Shown piece after piece: positions 24,322 to 37,239 of a stretch of DNA of 64,000 nucleotides. Every line of letters starts with the position of its first letter. Position 1 is the stretch's first letter. A program made the position numbers and the translations under genes. The notes beneath the pieces were generated by a model. The model searched no databases. It was not told the DNA's origin and saw only the letters and a program-made list of their open reading frames with translations. Source of the DNA: Trichosphaerium sp. ATCC 40318. Taxonomy: Eukaryota; Protista; Tubulinea. The DNA is taken from contig JALMLS010000228.1 in the NCBI GenBank assembly GCA_038496445.1, positions 310,001 through 374,000 on the forward strand, read 5' to 3'.

Positions 24322-25680
24322 TTAAAGGCTCGATTCTTCATTGTAGTTGAATTCTTCACCTTCGTTCTCTAAATCATCAAGTTCTTCTTCAAATGGGTCT
24401 TCATTCATGAGTTCGCTTTCTAATTCATCAAGCAATTGTTCGTCTTCACTGTACTCTTGTTCAAAAGCGTCTTCATTGCTTTCAGCGTGCGCTTCATCAT
24501 CAACACTTTCGTACTCTTTCCCATTGAAAGGATCAAATGCTTCTTCATTGCCTTCGACAACGTCACCATCGTCAAGTTCCTCTTGCTCTGTATTTTCAAA
24601 TTCATACTCCTTTCCATTGAAAGGATCAAAGGCTTCTTCATTACCTTCAAATACTTCTCCGTTATCAATTTCGTCATATTCTTGTTCCAAAGCTTCTTTG
24701 TTACCTTCAGCATGCTCTTGATCACCAACACTTTCATACTCTTTTCCATTGAAAGGATCAAAGCCTTCTTCATTGCCTTCAAAAACTTCTCCGTCTTCAA
24801 CTTCTTCATACTCTTCTTCGTCTACAGGTTCTTCACTTTCTTCGAGCACGTCTTCTGGCATGTAGTTGTCGTCAACAAACATCTCTTCTTCATCCATGTC
24901 GTTTTGTTCTGGTTCCTCTTCTTCATCAAAAACGGTCTCCTCATCTAAGCTCTCCCAATCTTCATCTGGTTGGATCTCATTTCTGTCTTCTTCATCCTCA
25001 ACGCTTCTTCCACCGTTCACACGTCCGATTCTATCGCGAAGCTTACCAATATGGTCCATTACATCTCCAACACGCTCATTCCACGCACTTTGATCGTCGA
25101 AAACCAAAAATGCGCAAGTACGTATGATTGTCATCTCTTCTACGTCTTCTACAAGAGCCCGAACAGCTTTTTGGCATCCTTCTTCATCTTGGTCTGCAAC
25201 TGCAGTAGGAAGTGCGACAATGTTACGGTAATATTGTTTAAACCAGTCCTTAGCCTTGTTTAGCTTCTGTTTCACGGCGAATTTGAAACCATCGATCATT
25301 TCAAGTCCCTTTTGTTGTAATTCCTCTATAGACATTTGAACGCGTTCTTTGAGCTGGTCGGTTTTGTCTATAAGCCTGTCTCTTTGGTTTTCGAAGGTTT
25401 CGCGTGCACTATCTCCCAAACGTTGTGTACGATCCTTTACAGCGCCTGTGAAGTCGTCTCTTCGTTGCTTGATGTATTGCTGTGCATTGTCTCTAGTACG
25501 AGCGGCACCGCTTTTAATAGTGTCTATACCGCCTTCGTATTTGTCTCGCAAGTAGTCTTCAACTTGTTGCTTTTTGAGCTCTGCACGCCTTTGTTGTCTC
25601 TCAATGTTATCCCGTATAGAATATCTTGCGCACACAATGGCAAATAGTGCAACTAGCACTAGCAGAGTAGACGTACGCAT
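24322..25680 (-). CDS. Intronless secreted protein: LEA/apolipophorin-like helical N-half and highly acidic repetitive C-half
   Basis: 452-aa ORF; SP MRTSTLLVLVALFAIVCA; three copies of EGNEE(G/A)FDPFNGKEYE. Confidence 0.85.
   Translation of the reverse strand: MRTSTLLVLVALFAIVCARYSIRDNIERQQRRAELKKQQVEDYLRDKYEGGIDTIKSGAARTRDNAQQYIKQRRDDFTGAVKDRTQRLGDSARETFENQRDRLIDKTDQLKERVQMSIEELQQKGLEMIDGFKFAVKQKLNKAKDWFKQYYRNIVALPTAVADQDEEGCQKAVRALVEDVEEMTIIRTCAFLVFDDQSAWNERVGDVMDHIGKLRDRIGRVNGGRSVEDEEDRNEIQPDEDWESLDEETVFDEEEEPEQNDMDEEEMFVDDNYMPEDVLEESEEPVDEEEYEEVEDGEVFEGNEEGFDPFNGKEYESVGDQEHAEGNKEALEQEYDEIDNGEVFEGNEEAFDPFNGKEYEFENTEQEELDDGDVVEGNEEAFDPFNGKEYESVDDEAHAESNEDAFEQEYSEDEQLLDELESELMNEDPFEEELDDLENEGEEFNYNEESSL
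24450..24820 (-). repeat. Coding repeat, 3 copies of the EGNEExFDPFNGKEYE unit with related spacers
   Basis: ccattgaaaggatcaaa recurs near 24522, 24614 and 24746. Confidence 0.85.
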
Positions 25681-26011
25681 GAGTACGATTTGTTTTTTGT
25701 ATTAAAACGGAAAGAATTCTACATTTGCTTCCATTTTATTGCAAGATTCAGTAATTCCTCGTGACCTTTACATACGTAGTTCTCACAGTCGTTTATAGCT
25801 CTAAAGTAGCGATTCTAGGTATCACAGTGCAATCAATGTTCTTTGAGAACAATCCATCACGTGTTTTCACGCTTTCGAATAAATGCGAATCCCTGAAGGT
25901 TAACAGCTTCTTCTGTACTGCAAGAAGAATGTATGGTGGCAAACGAAAAAAACCAGACTACCAAAGACTCTGTTGTGATTGTTTTTGATAACGGGTAATA
26001 GTTTGCCCAAA

Positions 26012-27568
26012 ATGTCTGAGTTGAAGCAACGAAACGTCGGTAGACAGCAAACAGTCATCGAAAGTATCAATAACTTTAGAGATATTGGTGGTTATGCTAC
26101 ATCTAGCGGTAAAACAGTTAAAAGAGGCATTTTTTACCGTGGTGCAGATCCTTCATGTACGTAGGCGTATTTTACGGTACGTCAGTTTCGTTTGGCGTTT
26201 GCAGGATTGAAACTTTTACAAGTACCGTAAAGCATTAAATACTACGTTCTACGCATTATTTAATGCGTATACAACGCTAAGAAGTTACTCTAACTGTTTT
26301 TAAGGTATTTCCGCTGGTGATGCGTCAAAATTCGCTAATGAGGTTGGCATGACAACTTGGGTACTTAATTTGATATTTCCTTCCCACAAAAACGTGTGCT
26401 TCGTGAACAAGCTCTCAATTTACTGTAAACTACTCTTTCGAGTTCTTGAAGGGCTCCTAAACATTAGAAATACAATGTATGCGTATTGACCTAACTTTGG
26501 GTTCTAGATCGATTTTCGTTCTCTAAAGGAGATAAAGAGGATACACGGCGATAAACAAGGCGAATTAGAACAGTTTTATGAAAATGTCACATTGGCACGC
26601 AATTTTGTCTTTTTATCAGCGAGTAACCCGCTTTTCGCGTTGACGTACCTAAAACCATTGAGTTTGTGAGGGTTGTTGGCGGTAGCCAAGTTTTTTTCAA
26701 ATTTTTTTTATCAACGTAAAATGTTGGTTTTGCCTTATTGACATTGTCTGAAGATCAAGGGCAAAAAAGTGGACATAAACGGTCTTGGTAACCGTGTAAG
26801 ATTTTGTATTGAGCCAGTAGCAGAAAGACGTTGGCTTTATTTTTCTTTAATACATGCTTCTTTTTGGCAAGCATGTGTTTTTATTTTTTATCTACTGGTT
26901 GGACTACACAAGACTCTCACGCGTTTCCTCTTGGATTTTATGGCTGATGAAGGACCTGAATACTTTTATGGCATTATGCTATATGTTATGGAACCATACT
27001 TACCCGGTGTACGCCATAACTCAAAAAAGTTTGGTTTTTTTATATTCTGTCTTATCTTAACTTCGCTGTTAAGTACATTGATGCCATTGCTAAACGAGAG
27101 TTCCCAATGTTCATTAACTGTACACTCGGGAAAGATAGAACTGGTACATTTGTATCCGTATTACTTTTTATACTGGGCGTTGATACTAAAGATGTTATGG
27201 CTGAATACATGAAAACAGGTACCTAGTAATTTTGTTTTTGAACTTAGTGGCAATTCACGAACACGTGTTCACTCACATGACCACGTACGCTTTTCTCACG
27301 CGATTATAGCTGAGAACCCTATAAAATATGCACATAAAGCAGTATATTCTAAGAAAGTTGAAGAGTTTACTTTGGCCCTGTACCCAGAGGTAACCTGCAA
27401 CTCTTTTGTACAATGCTATAAGACTTTTTGTTAAGTTTTTTATTACAGGCGTTGGGTAATGTTTTAAACAATAAAGCAAAGGCCCATGGTAGTTTTGATA
27501 AATACCTTGTATCTCTAGGTGCATCTCAAGAATCACTTGATGCAATACGTGCTAAATCACTTGAATAA
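26012..27568 (+). CDS. Tyrosine/lipid phosphatase, Y_phosphatase3 (MptpB/LipA-like) family, multi-exon
   Basis: SINNFRDIGGY..GKTVKRGIFYRGAD, IDFRSLKE, P-loop FINCTLGKDRTG, LDAIRAKSLE*. Confidence 0.88.
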
Positions 27569-27852
27569 AGTACATAGTAAAAAAACAGCTGTATTTCTTA
27601 TTTTCCACTTTTGTGCTTGTGGAACTTTCCTACAAGTTGTAGTAGCTTCCGCAAATTCACTAGGTCTAATGGGAGTTCTTAGTCTTTCTTGGTGCAAAGC
27701 TACTTTTTTCTTATAAACATTCCTTTTCGCTTAAAAATAGGTAGTACTATTCCAAGTTATTTTGCGAAAAAAAAATTAGCGAAATAGAATCATAACATTC
27801 CACTCATTTTCAACAACTAAAATAGTAATAAAAGCAGTTCTATATAATCGAA

Positions 27853-30163
27853 ATGGCATCAGAAAACCTTGTGCGTTATATTTTCTATGCGTATGTAGCT
27901 AATACTAATTACAGATAACGAATCAAGCCCAAAAGCATATTTCTCTGCCCACAGAGGTTTGGTTTAGCGTGTTTGAACATTTAACCGTTTCTTCAATACT
28001 CTGTACCGCTACAGTACGTTAAAACGCGTGGATTACACGATTTGACAGCGTAGTAAGGTTTGCAAAAGTTTTAAAGAGGTTTCTGTTCACCAAAGCTTGT
28101 GGAGAGCAAAATGCACGCGCCGTTGGCTTAAGCGGATAGAACAAGCAAAATCTGATTCGAAAACGAAATACTTCACAGAGGTTCAGGACGAAATTGAAGA
28201 CTGCGTTGAGAATGCCAGTACGCCCAAATACGCTTGTAACTCAACGGTATTTATACTAATGTTTGCTTGAGGCTTCAATGAAACTCACAAGCACATGATA
28301 TCTGAAAAAGATTTTGATTGGAAGAAATTGTTTATAAAAGATATCGCGTTGGATAAGCATCAAGGACATTACGCTGACAACCGAAAGGGATTTTGGATAC
28401 CTATGGTATTCGCTTCTGCTTATATATCAGAAATAATGCTATACTTTCCACTGCATGTTAAAAAGTACGACGCGAGCGAAGATAGGTATGTTGGTTTTCT
28501 TCTGAATTTTTTTCATATTTTTGGTTTTTTGCTTCACGTGATATTGACTTTACTTAAAAAGTTCCACTATTCAATGGCAAGGTGAAAAAATAGAAACGGG
28601 CAAAGTAAGATTACTCCCAATGGGTATGTTATGCTTTTCTTGACTTGGGAGCTAAAATCAACCCAAAAAAACCCTAACAAACAAACTCAACTGTTTGCCT
28701 AGTTATAGCTCATATTAAACTTACACCAAGCTAACCTTACTTTAAAGGGCAACGGTTTTTTCAATATAAAGCAGAAACAATGTATGAAGCATCTGAAGAA
28801 ACAGGTAAACAACCACACGTGCTATTAAAAAAAATGACAAGTTTGTTAGACTATGTCAACGGTTTGTTGACTTTGCAAAATGACCACGAGAGGAATTTCT
28901 TGAAAATGTGGCAAATAAGTGTTTATAAGAGTGGTAGAGGAGACATAGTTCGCAAAAACGAACTCATACAGGAGGAAATAATTGTTACTGAGGAGGATGA
29001 GGAGGATGAGGATGAGTTGCCTGAGAAGAAAACTATCATAAACGTACGCACACTTTGGAACAAAAAAAAACTTCCATCACCACTCAAACAGCTTAAAATC
29101 CATTGCGCATGTACCCTTTAATTCCTACCAAAAAAACTACTTGGTTATATTTTAATGGGAATTAAAGAAACTAAACAAAGACTGAGAAAAAGCAACCACG
29201 TTTGATATATTTTCTATTTATTGTGCAAACTTTTCTAACAATTCTATGTTATAGCTTACTTCTATTGATCTGGAGCAAAATAACAATAAAGGTGTTCCTA
29301 TAATCAACCTGTAAGTCAATTCAGTCGTCCTAGCATCATCAAGCTAGTCAATATCGTACACGAATAGGCCAATTGCAACCTATTCTTTTGTATACGCTAT
29401 GCAATAGCTTCAAGTTCAATAAATCAACGAATGTACGGAATTAAGTTGAATTTTCATGGTTATAAAGTTGATAGAAGTAGCCAATTTTTGTGTAGGAACT
29501 ACACAACTTAAAACCACTTGTAACGTTAGGAATTCATAGAACTCGCTTGTGAATAGTACGGTTCATGGAAATCAAAGAGGTAGCACTAAGAATAAGTTAT
29601 GGACTTGGTCAGTGCGCAGGCACCTAAAGAAGCTTAGAACATTGGTTGGCGTACCCTATCTTAGTTTTTTGGTCACAAATGGAGTAGGAGAATCAACCAA
29701 ACCTGAGAATAAAGAATTGCTAGTTTGTTTGATTTGGGCTTCGTGATATATTGACTACACATACCTGTGTTTATTAGGACTAAAATGATGGATTTATAGT
29801 TGCTGGTACCCACATTTTAAAGACAGGTATCCGAATAGAGTACCACTAAGATATTGTTTGATGATCAAACTTTTTTTCAAGAAAGGTATTGTCCGTATCA
29901 TTCAAGTTGCTAATCTTTGCAACTTTTGGCTGTTTGTGACTTTTGGTTTTCGTGTTTAGTCAGATCTGACAGATCTTGCAACTTCTGTTAGTTCTTACAA
30001 GATCTGTCAGTTTTGTTAGTTCTTGCAAGATCTTACACTTTGATACTTCTGCCAAACCTGTCGCAAACTTGAATGATACGGACAATAACACTAAAACGTT
30101 ACGTCCATCTTCTGCGATTACAATTGAATGTTGTAGCTGGTTAAAATATTGTAATTTAAAGTG
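27853..30163 (+). CDS. F-box protein, multi-exon, 3' end uncertain
   Basis: ISLPTEVWFSVFEHLTVSSILCTAT|VCKSFKEVSVHQSLWRAKCTRRW, DFDWKKLF; later exons not assignable to a family. Confidence 0.65.
29887..30087. mobile_element. MITE-like non-autonomous DNA element with 20-bp TIRs flanked by TA
   Basis: TA-ttgtccgtatcattcaagtt (29887-29908) and aacttgaatgatacggacaa-TA (30066-30087) are perfect inverted repeats; internal 13-bp IR ctgacagatcttg/caagatctgtcag and duplicated tgttagttcttRcaagatct. Confidence 0.78.
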
Positions 30164-30671
30164 AAGTCTGCATTTTGCCATAAATCACGTGTTTTGGAAG
30201 TACGCGATTGTTTTTTATTATTGGACCAATTAAACTTTTAACGTAGTTCGTTGTACAGAGATACACCATCGCTCAAGCGATTTAAAGTAAAACAACACAA
30301 AATCCTTTCCACCAAGACTAAATTTTACTTCTTCGTTAACATTAGGCATAGAAGACGTTTTGAAGCTAACGTTTTCTGCTTTTTTGCCGTTCATAGTAAC
30401 ACCAACGATTTTATCCTTTTGCCATACTCCCTAACGTTTATATAAGATGACAAAGAGGAATAAAGTAAGCACAAGCTGTTGTTGCCTTTTTTAATAACCA
30501 CATTATCTTTATAGTGTCATCTCCTATTGTGTAGGTATAAACGTATTCTCCTCCTTGACTCATTGCTTCATTTAAAAGGACTTCAGTTTTTTAGTGGGAA
30601 CTCGCTTAATCTTTGAAACTTAAAGAGAGCCTCATTTTTTTTGTATCAAATCTTGTCAGATTGGACGCCAT

Positions 30672-33274
30672 TAGAACTTCACCAGGATACATGCTGATAA
30701 GGTAGGTTTAGGTGAAGCAGGTTTACTCCCCCGGCTCTACATGCGAACATCAAATTAGAGAGCAAAAACCAGAGAATTTTTGCACAAAGAAAATAGGATT
30801 CGTATTTACAGTCAAATTAGTCAGTTATAATGTATGGTGCCATTAATAAAAAGGGCGGACCCTACCTTATACCCCAATGAGTATTTTGGACGAACTGACA
30901 CTTTGCTCAATAGTTAAATTTTAATCAACATTAGAGCTGTTTTAATTCTAGTTGTTTTAATGTATTTTACATGCATCACCACCCATTACCTCCCTATAAT
31001 ATATTTTACACTAACTCATACAGATTTCTGAGCTTGGAGTTTTTTATACTCCTTAATCATAAACTGTAGTTTTTTACCATCCATATCAGATTGCTCTTCT
31101 AAAACCTTTATACGTTCTGCAGCAACCTTCTTTTCTTGTTCCCATACTCTTTCTCTCTCATGCCACTTAGTAGTAAGATCAGATATATGTCTCTTAAGAG
31201 ACGTAGAATCATTATTATTAGTCAAATCAGAATCAACTTCTGATACGACTATCTCAGATTCTATTTCATGCCAACTTGCTTCACTGCTATAATCATCCAT
31301 TCTTTTACTGCTGTTGTTGCTACTAGGCGCATTATTGATCTTAGCTGTTAATTTTTGGTTCTGTTGTTGTTGTAGTATCAAGCTCTTTTCAAGTGCTTTA
31401 TTATCTTGTAATAGCTTAACAACACGTTGCTTCTCAGTATCCAAATCCTAAAAAAAAATCAAAAAAAACCAACGACTTTGTAAACAACCAACTACTTCTA
31501 GGTGTTGTTATGTAGCTATAATAATTTAACGTACACTTGTGAGTATATCATATTGTACTTCTAACTTAGCTAATGAGTTCTTTAGGGTCTCATTAGCCCT
31601 TAAGGCGTCTTGTGATGTTGTAGCCAATGACGTCACAAGTTGTTGTTTTTGGAGCAGATCTTCGTCTTTTAGCTTCGCTTCTGTTTGTAACCTTTATTTT
31701 TTGTTAGTGGCACTCCTCTCGTATGCAATAAAACTGTTTTAAACGTACTTTTTGATACGCTTTCTCATAATTTTCTGTTTCTTTTGTTGTGCTTCCAAGT
31801 CGCTTGACATACTCTGTTGATGCTCTGCTGCTTGTTCTTCAACATAAGATTGTTTCAATCTTAATTGAACTTCCAACTCTGTTATCCTCAGTTGTTGGTT
31901 GCTTCGCGCAATGTTCCTTAAGTAGGTGTTAAGTTAAGTGGTACAAAATGACGTTTTGATACAAATCTACAACACGTACCATGCTTCTACTTCTTTGTTT
32001 CTATGCTCGGTAAGCTCATCAAGTTGTTTGATTGTTTTATTCTTTATAAGCTGCTCTTGAACAAGTGTTTCTTGAATTTGCATAAATTGCGTTCCAAACT
32101 TAGATGACATATCATCAATCTCTCTTTGTAGACTTTTGACCTCGACACGTAATCCCTCATCGGTTTCTAAAAGTGTATAAGCAACTCATAGTTGTATAGT
32201 ACAAAACAAACTGAACCAGCGTAAATATGACACTAACCTGGAAGTGGTACATCTTCAAGTCTTCTCTTTAGTTTTTTAATTTTTTCTGTCAACACCAAAT
32301 TAGTTTCTTTTGATTTTTTCAGCTGTACTACATCCTCTTCGCCTTTTGAAACACTAAGAAAGAAGAATAGTATGAGTATAAAGGAATACACACTAACACA
32401 ACTAAAAATAAGGCGATAAAAGGTGGACATACATTAACTGTAAGTTTTTAATGGTTTCCACTATCTCGTCATCTCTTGTATTACCCAGTAGTACCATTAT
32501 GTCTTTAATAAGCGGCATATTGCCCTAATTAGATAAGTAATGAGATACATTCGGCCAAATCAAGAAAATGAGTATTTTTCCGTACTGTACTGCCGTCATG
32601 GTTCTGTTGAAGTCTATTCTTCTCCCTCTCAACTTGTAGAGCTACTTCAAGCTTTTCTCGCTGCTGAATCACATCGGCAACTTTTTGCTGCTCTGTTTCT
32701 AGTTGTAGGTCCAAACTATGTTTGGCTTGTTGTACACGCGCCTTTAAGCTCTGTAGAGCTTCCTACGAGTAAAAATGAATCAGACTTTTAGTACAAACGC
32801 TAAAATAGCTTCTGTCGCTCAAATTAATAGCAAGCGTGGTATACAAAGCGGTTAGTACCTTTGACAACAGTAGCTGTGCAGTACTCTGCTTTAATGCAGC
32901 GCGAAGTATTTGCGCTTCGTTTGAACCGCTCACCCAGCGTTTTTCATTGTCAGTGGAGCCCTTATTTTAAAAATAAGCTTCAAAAATGGCAATACAAACT
33001 TTTGTACATCGCTTTGGTCTCTGTGGTCCTTTTGCATGTCTCTGGTAGCTGGATAGTTTGTTTAATTACGACAGACGAATGTTTTGCGTAATTTTAGCCT
33101 TATCGCCACAGTACGTTGGACACTACTACGCAGTGATCTAAATCTACGCACTGTTTCTTGACACCTATTTTCAAAAGCCACTACAATGAATCTAGGATCA
33201 CTGTGGCTATCAGGTAATGCATTCACGAGCTTAAAAGATTGTACGAGACCATCTACGACTTTGCTGGCCACCAT
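30672..33274 (-). CDS. Long coiled-coil protein of unknown function, multi-exon (3' end uncertain)
   Basis: Successive E/K/Q/L-rich heptad exons (e.g. DLQLETEQQKVADVIQQREKLEVALQVEREKN; DTEKQRVVKLLQDNKALEKSL) with GT-AG boundaries. Confidence 0.7.
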
Positions 33275-33333
33275 TTTAAATTGCTACAGTTCACTGAAGC
33301 TCTAAAGCATCTACCACTTGGAATATTGCAACT

Positions 33334-34755
33334 ATGCTAGTTACCATACTACTGACTTTGGCTGCGGCTGTTTTAATTTACTTTTACACTCAAAAAGCTC
33401 CCAAAAAACGGAATAACGCACCAGGAGACGCTGTATTTATAACAGGATGCGAGTGCGTTTATTTTACGCGGTTTTTGTTGTCGTCCGCCATTGACGTCTT
33501 TATTCCTAAGCACTGGCTTTGGTAATATTCTAGCAAAGCGCCTGGACGCTTCAGGATACTGTGTTTTCGCAACATGCCTTACAGACGAGTCTACAGCTCT
33601 CCTCGATTCACAAACATCAAAAAACGTAGTTACCATTCAGTGTGATGTAACAAAACAGGCATGTAGCTTATTTCCGGAGCCATCAAAGCTGAGCACAAGG
33701 TCCATCGTTTACCTTTGATTTTGACATGTTCTCACAGGAAGACGTTGATCGTGCTCACCAAAGAGTATTAGAAATATCTAAGGAAAAGCTGTGGAGCGTT
33801 TATAGCATAGTAAATAACGCTGGTATCAATGCTGGATTCCATTTCGACTTTACGGATATTGAGGACTTTGAAAAAGTGTTCAAAGGTACACAAGACTCTT
33901 AGTACTTGTTCGAGCTTGGAGTTCTTATTTTTATGTAGTGAATCTTTTTGGTGCTATACGAGTTACAAAGAAGTTTATGCGTATGCTTTAGAGCGGCTTA
34001 TTGTTGTTATTAACCACGTGATATCATAGCAATGCTTAAGAAAAAAAAAGGAAGAGTTATAAATATATCAAGCATTCTTGGCCTTTGTGCAAGTCCTCTG
34101 GTAACTGTGTACGGATCAGCGAAGGTAAATTCATTCTTAGTGTATGAGCGACAATTCATTAGTATAGTTTGCCTTGGATGGGTTTAGTAGGTCATTGAGA
34201 ATAGATATGAAACCGTTTGGTGTTAAAGTAATACTTCTCAGTAAGAACAATTGTAATGACTAGCCAACTGCTAACCTCTTTAAGACCCAGGTGGTTTTGA
34301 TACAGCTATTTTAAACAAAGCTGGAGAACAAATGCAACCTTGTACATAAAGATAGTATGCACACGTGATTGAATTTTGACTTTCCTTTCTAGACTTCGAT
34401 AGACACCCTGAACTACATGAAGAGTACGGTGATAAGTATATGCAGAAAGTAGTTGCAGCTTCTAAAAGATATCCTCTTGGTAACCCTAAATTGGTTGTAG
34501 ATGCTCTTGTACGTCTTAAAATCGGTGTAAAAATATCCTTACAGCTACTAGATGGTTGCACTAACAAGCGAGAACCCACGGCCGAGGTATGCTAGAGTTG
34601 TTGTTTAAGTACTAATACTGTTTTGTAGGTACATAGTTGGCGCTGATGCTCAATTGCTTAGATTCGTTGCGATGCTTCCAGATACATTGTATGATTGGCT
34701 GCAAGAGTCATTTGTGCGGCTTCCTAAACCTTATTGTACACTAAAGAACAAATAA
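33334..34755 (+). CDS. Membrane-anchored SDR (SDR9C: retinol dehydrogenase/17-beta-HSD/BDH1-like), paralog A
   Basis: N-terminal TM; AVFITGCD|TGFG, LWSVYSIVNNAGI, GRVINISS, YGSAK|FALDGFSRSLR, RYIVGADA. Confidence 0.9.
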
Positions 34756-34822
34756 ACTTATGGATCAGTAATTAATGAGAATGTTGAAGGTTTGTCAAAT
34801 ACAGCTATTTATTAACATAAGG

Positions 34823-36296
34823 CTAGTTCGATAGACATTGAGGTAGAGGCAGAGGTCCCAGAAACTCTGTTACAACATCTTGGTAGTTATCTGGAAGCAA
34901 GGATATCGCATTTAAAAACAAACCATCCATTCCAACAATATATCTATTCACGTGGTTAATAACTTGAATGTGTGTTATCCTACCTAGGACGAGGGTGTTC
35001 AGCTGTGAGGGCATTCATCTAGCAAAACCACTTAGCAGTGTTAAGGTAAAGGCGTTTTGTACCAAAGTATCAATAACTTCATTTGGGTCTCCAAGCATGG
35101 TTGTCTTCTTAACGAGTGCTTCATATTCCTTAATATACTTGTCTCCATACTCTTTTTTAGATTGCTCATGTTCTTCAAAATCTGAACATTGTAAAACAGA
35201 TGCAAAATCTTTATTAATACCTACGCACGTTTTTCATGTAAGGTTTTTGAGTTGTTTAGTATCGGTGTTGCGTAAGCTCCAGGAGCTTAACGAGTTAGTG
35301 GTTGCTCTAGAAAGTGTATTCGTACTCATAGTTATGACGGGAATACCAAACATTTTAAGCTCTTTACGTAGCATTCGACTAAAACCATCTACTGCAAACT
35401 AAAAACATTTTAATTGGTAGGAGTTAACATCGGAGATATTGATCCCGGAACGTCTTATTTTGTTTTATCTTACCTTCGATGATGCGTATGATGTAAACCC
35501 AGGTAACGCACATAATGCCAAAGCGCTTGACATATTGATAAATCTGCCACGTGTCTTTTTTAATATCGCTATGTGTAACGACATTAAAAATCAAAGTTTG
35601 CTCGGAACTACGTAACACTTTTTTCTTGACGTACGTAAAAACGCTTTTGTAATATTAACAAGACCAAATACGTTAACTAACACGATTTTTAGAAGGAGTT
35701 ATATCGGAGATAACGCGAGGATACAAAATAAAAAACTAGAGTGAATTCCGTTTTTTGTTTTTTTAACTTGCCTTCAAAAGTTTGTTTAAAGTCTTCAACT
35801 GACGTGAAATCAAATAGGAATCCTTTTAATATACCAGCATTATTAACGACACCAACGACCCTCCATAATTTCTTCTCACATATCTCATTGATAGTATTTA
35901 CAGCTTTCAAGATATCTTCCTTTCAAAAAAAGTCAGAAAAAACGAAAGGGAGAAAAAATTCGAAACAGTACTTGCCTTTTTTGTAACATCGCATTTTAAC
36001 GCTATAACTCTATCGGAGGTAGCTTTGTTGAGTGCTTTTACTGCATTTTCTCGAAGACATGACGCGAAAACGCAATACCCAGAGGCATCTAAGCGACGTG
36101 CAAGCATGTTACCAAACCCAGTGCTATTTGTTGTTTAGATAGGTTGTATTTACTATTTTAATACGTACTCACAACCAGTTATAAACACTGCATCACCTTC
36201 AACATACACACGCTTACGCTTGTTTCTCATGTACGCTCTTAAAAGATACAACGCTGTACCTCCAATCGCAAACAATAGAGTAATATGAAGCAACAT
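34823..36296 (-). CDS. Membrane-anchored SDR (SDR9C), paralog B, tail-to-tail with paralog A
   Basis: MLLHITLLF..GDAVFITGCD|TGFGNMLARRLDASGYCVFASCL, VVNNAGI, YASSK|FAVDGFSRMLRKEL, RYIVGMDG. Confidence 0.9.
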
Positions 36297-37239
36297 GTAA
36301 AAGTCAAGGTACTACAATGAATGCAGGAACTTATTTGACTATTGGTGCATAGTAGGAGTTGACAATATCTGAACTGTATGTCAAAAAGATCTGAACGGAA
36401 ATTAAGTGACGTCAACACGGAGATATCAGAATTTGTTTGACTGTGATTAGTTTTTAACTCGGTTTTCAAACGGTTTTTTGTTTTCGCTGTTAAGACAAGA
36501 TTTAGGTATTTCATTTGTTGTATACTCCTTGGCGCTAATCCTAAATCATAAAAGGAAATTAATTACACAAAAGTTCCGGAACGTGTCCCCATGCCGTCAT
36601 TACTTCTCGTTACGCGTAGACTAGAATTATGGTGTTATTTTAGAAGTTTGTGGCATGATATCACGTGATAAATTTATTCGGAGGTAAAAACTTGCGAGCA
36701 TTGGTACATATTACTATGGCGAGGTTGTTATAACATAAAACCAACAGAACACTATTATTGACTCATATTTCTCCCTGTTTGATACATTTACAAATAAAGA
36801 AACCTTGAAAAACTTTCTACATTAAATACATACCTCGCTTTATACAGTTAATTAAACATAACTGAGGCACTCCGAGGTTTCTTTGTTGTAATTAAAACAA
36901 ACGTGGTATAAAGTATACTAGTACACGCCGTGTGGGCACTCTACAGTATCTCAGATCGAAGCCCCTAAGATTGCGACCGTGTCGCGGAAGTGTGAGTTAG
37001 AGCAACGTTCCGAAGCATTATTTTGTGCGTGGTGAGGCTGGATAGAGACGAGACCTTTTTTGAACAATCAGGTTTTCTACTCTTTATGGCAGAGAACAAA
37101 CGAAGTGTATTTGTAGGTGAACGACTTTGTCTTATCTTTTGATTCACAAAAACTGCGTAAACTCTTAGGAGTTTCAGTCCATCACGTTGTGGTTTTTTAA
37201 GCTACTTTATTCAGTATCTAACTGACACAGCAACAAGCA

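Noticed and set aside
24450-24820. CRISPR-like repeat-spacer array
   Set aside because: Repeats are in-frame coding units in a eukaryotic gene; spacers are related to each other and there are no cas genes
24347-25647. Multiple overlapping antisense ORFs (Ser/Phe-rich)
   Set aside because: Shadow frames of the acidic repetitive gene on the minus strand
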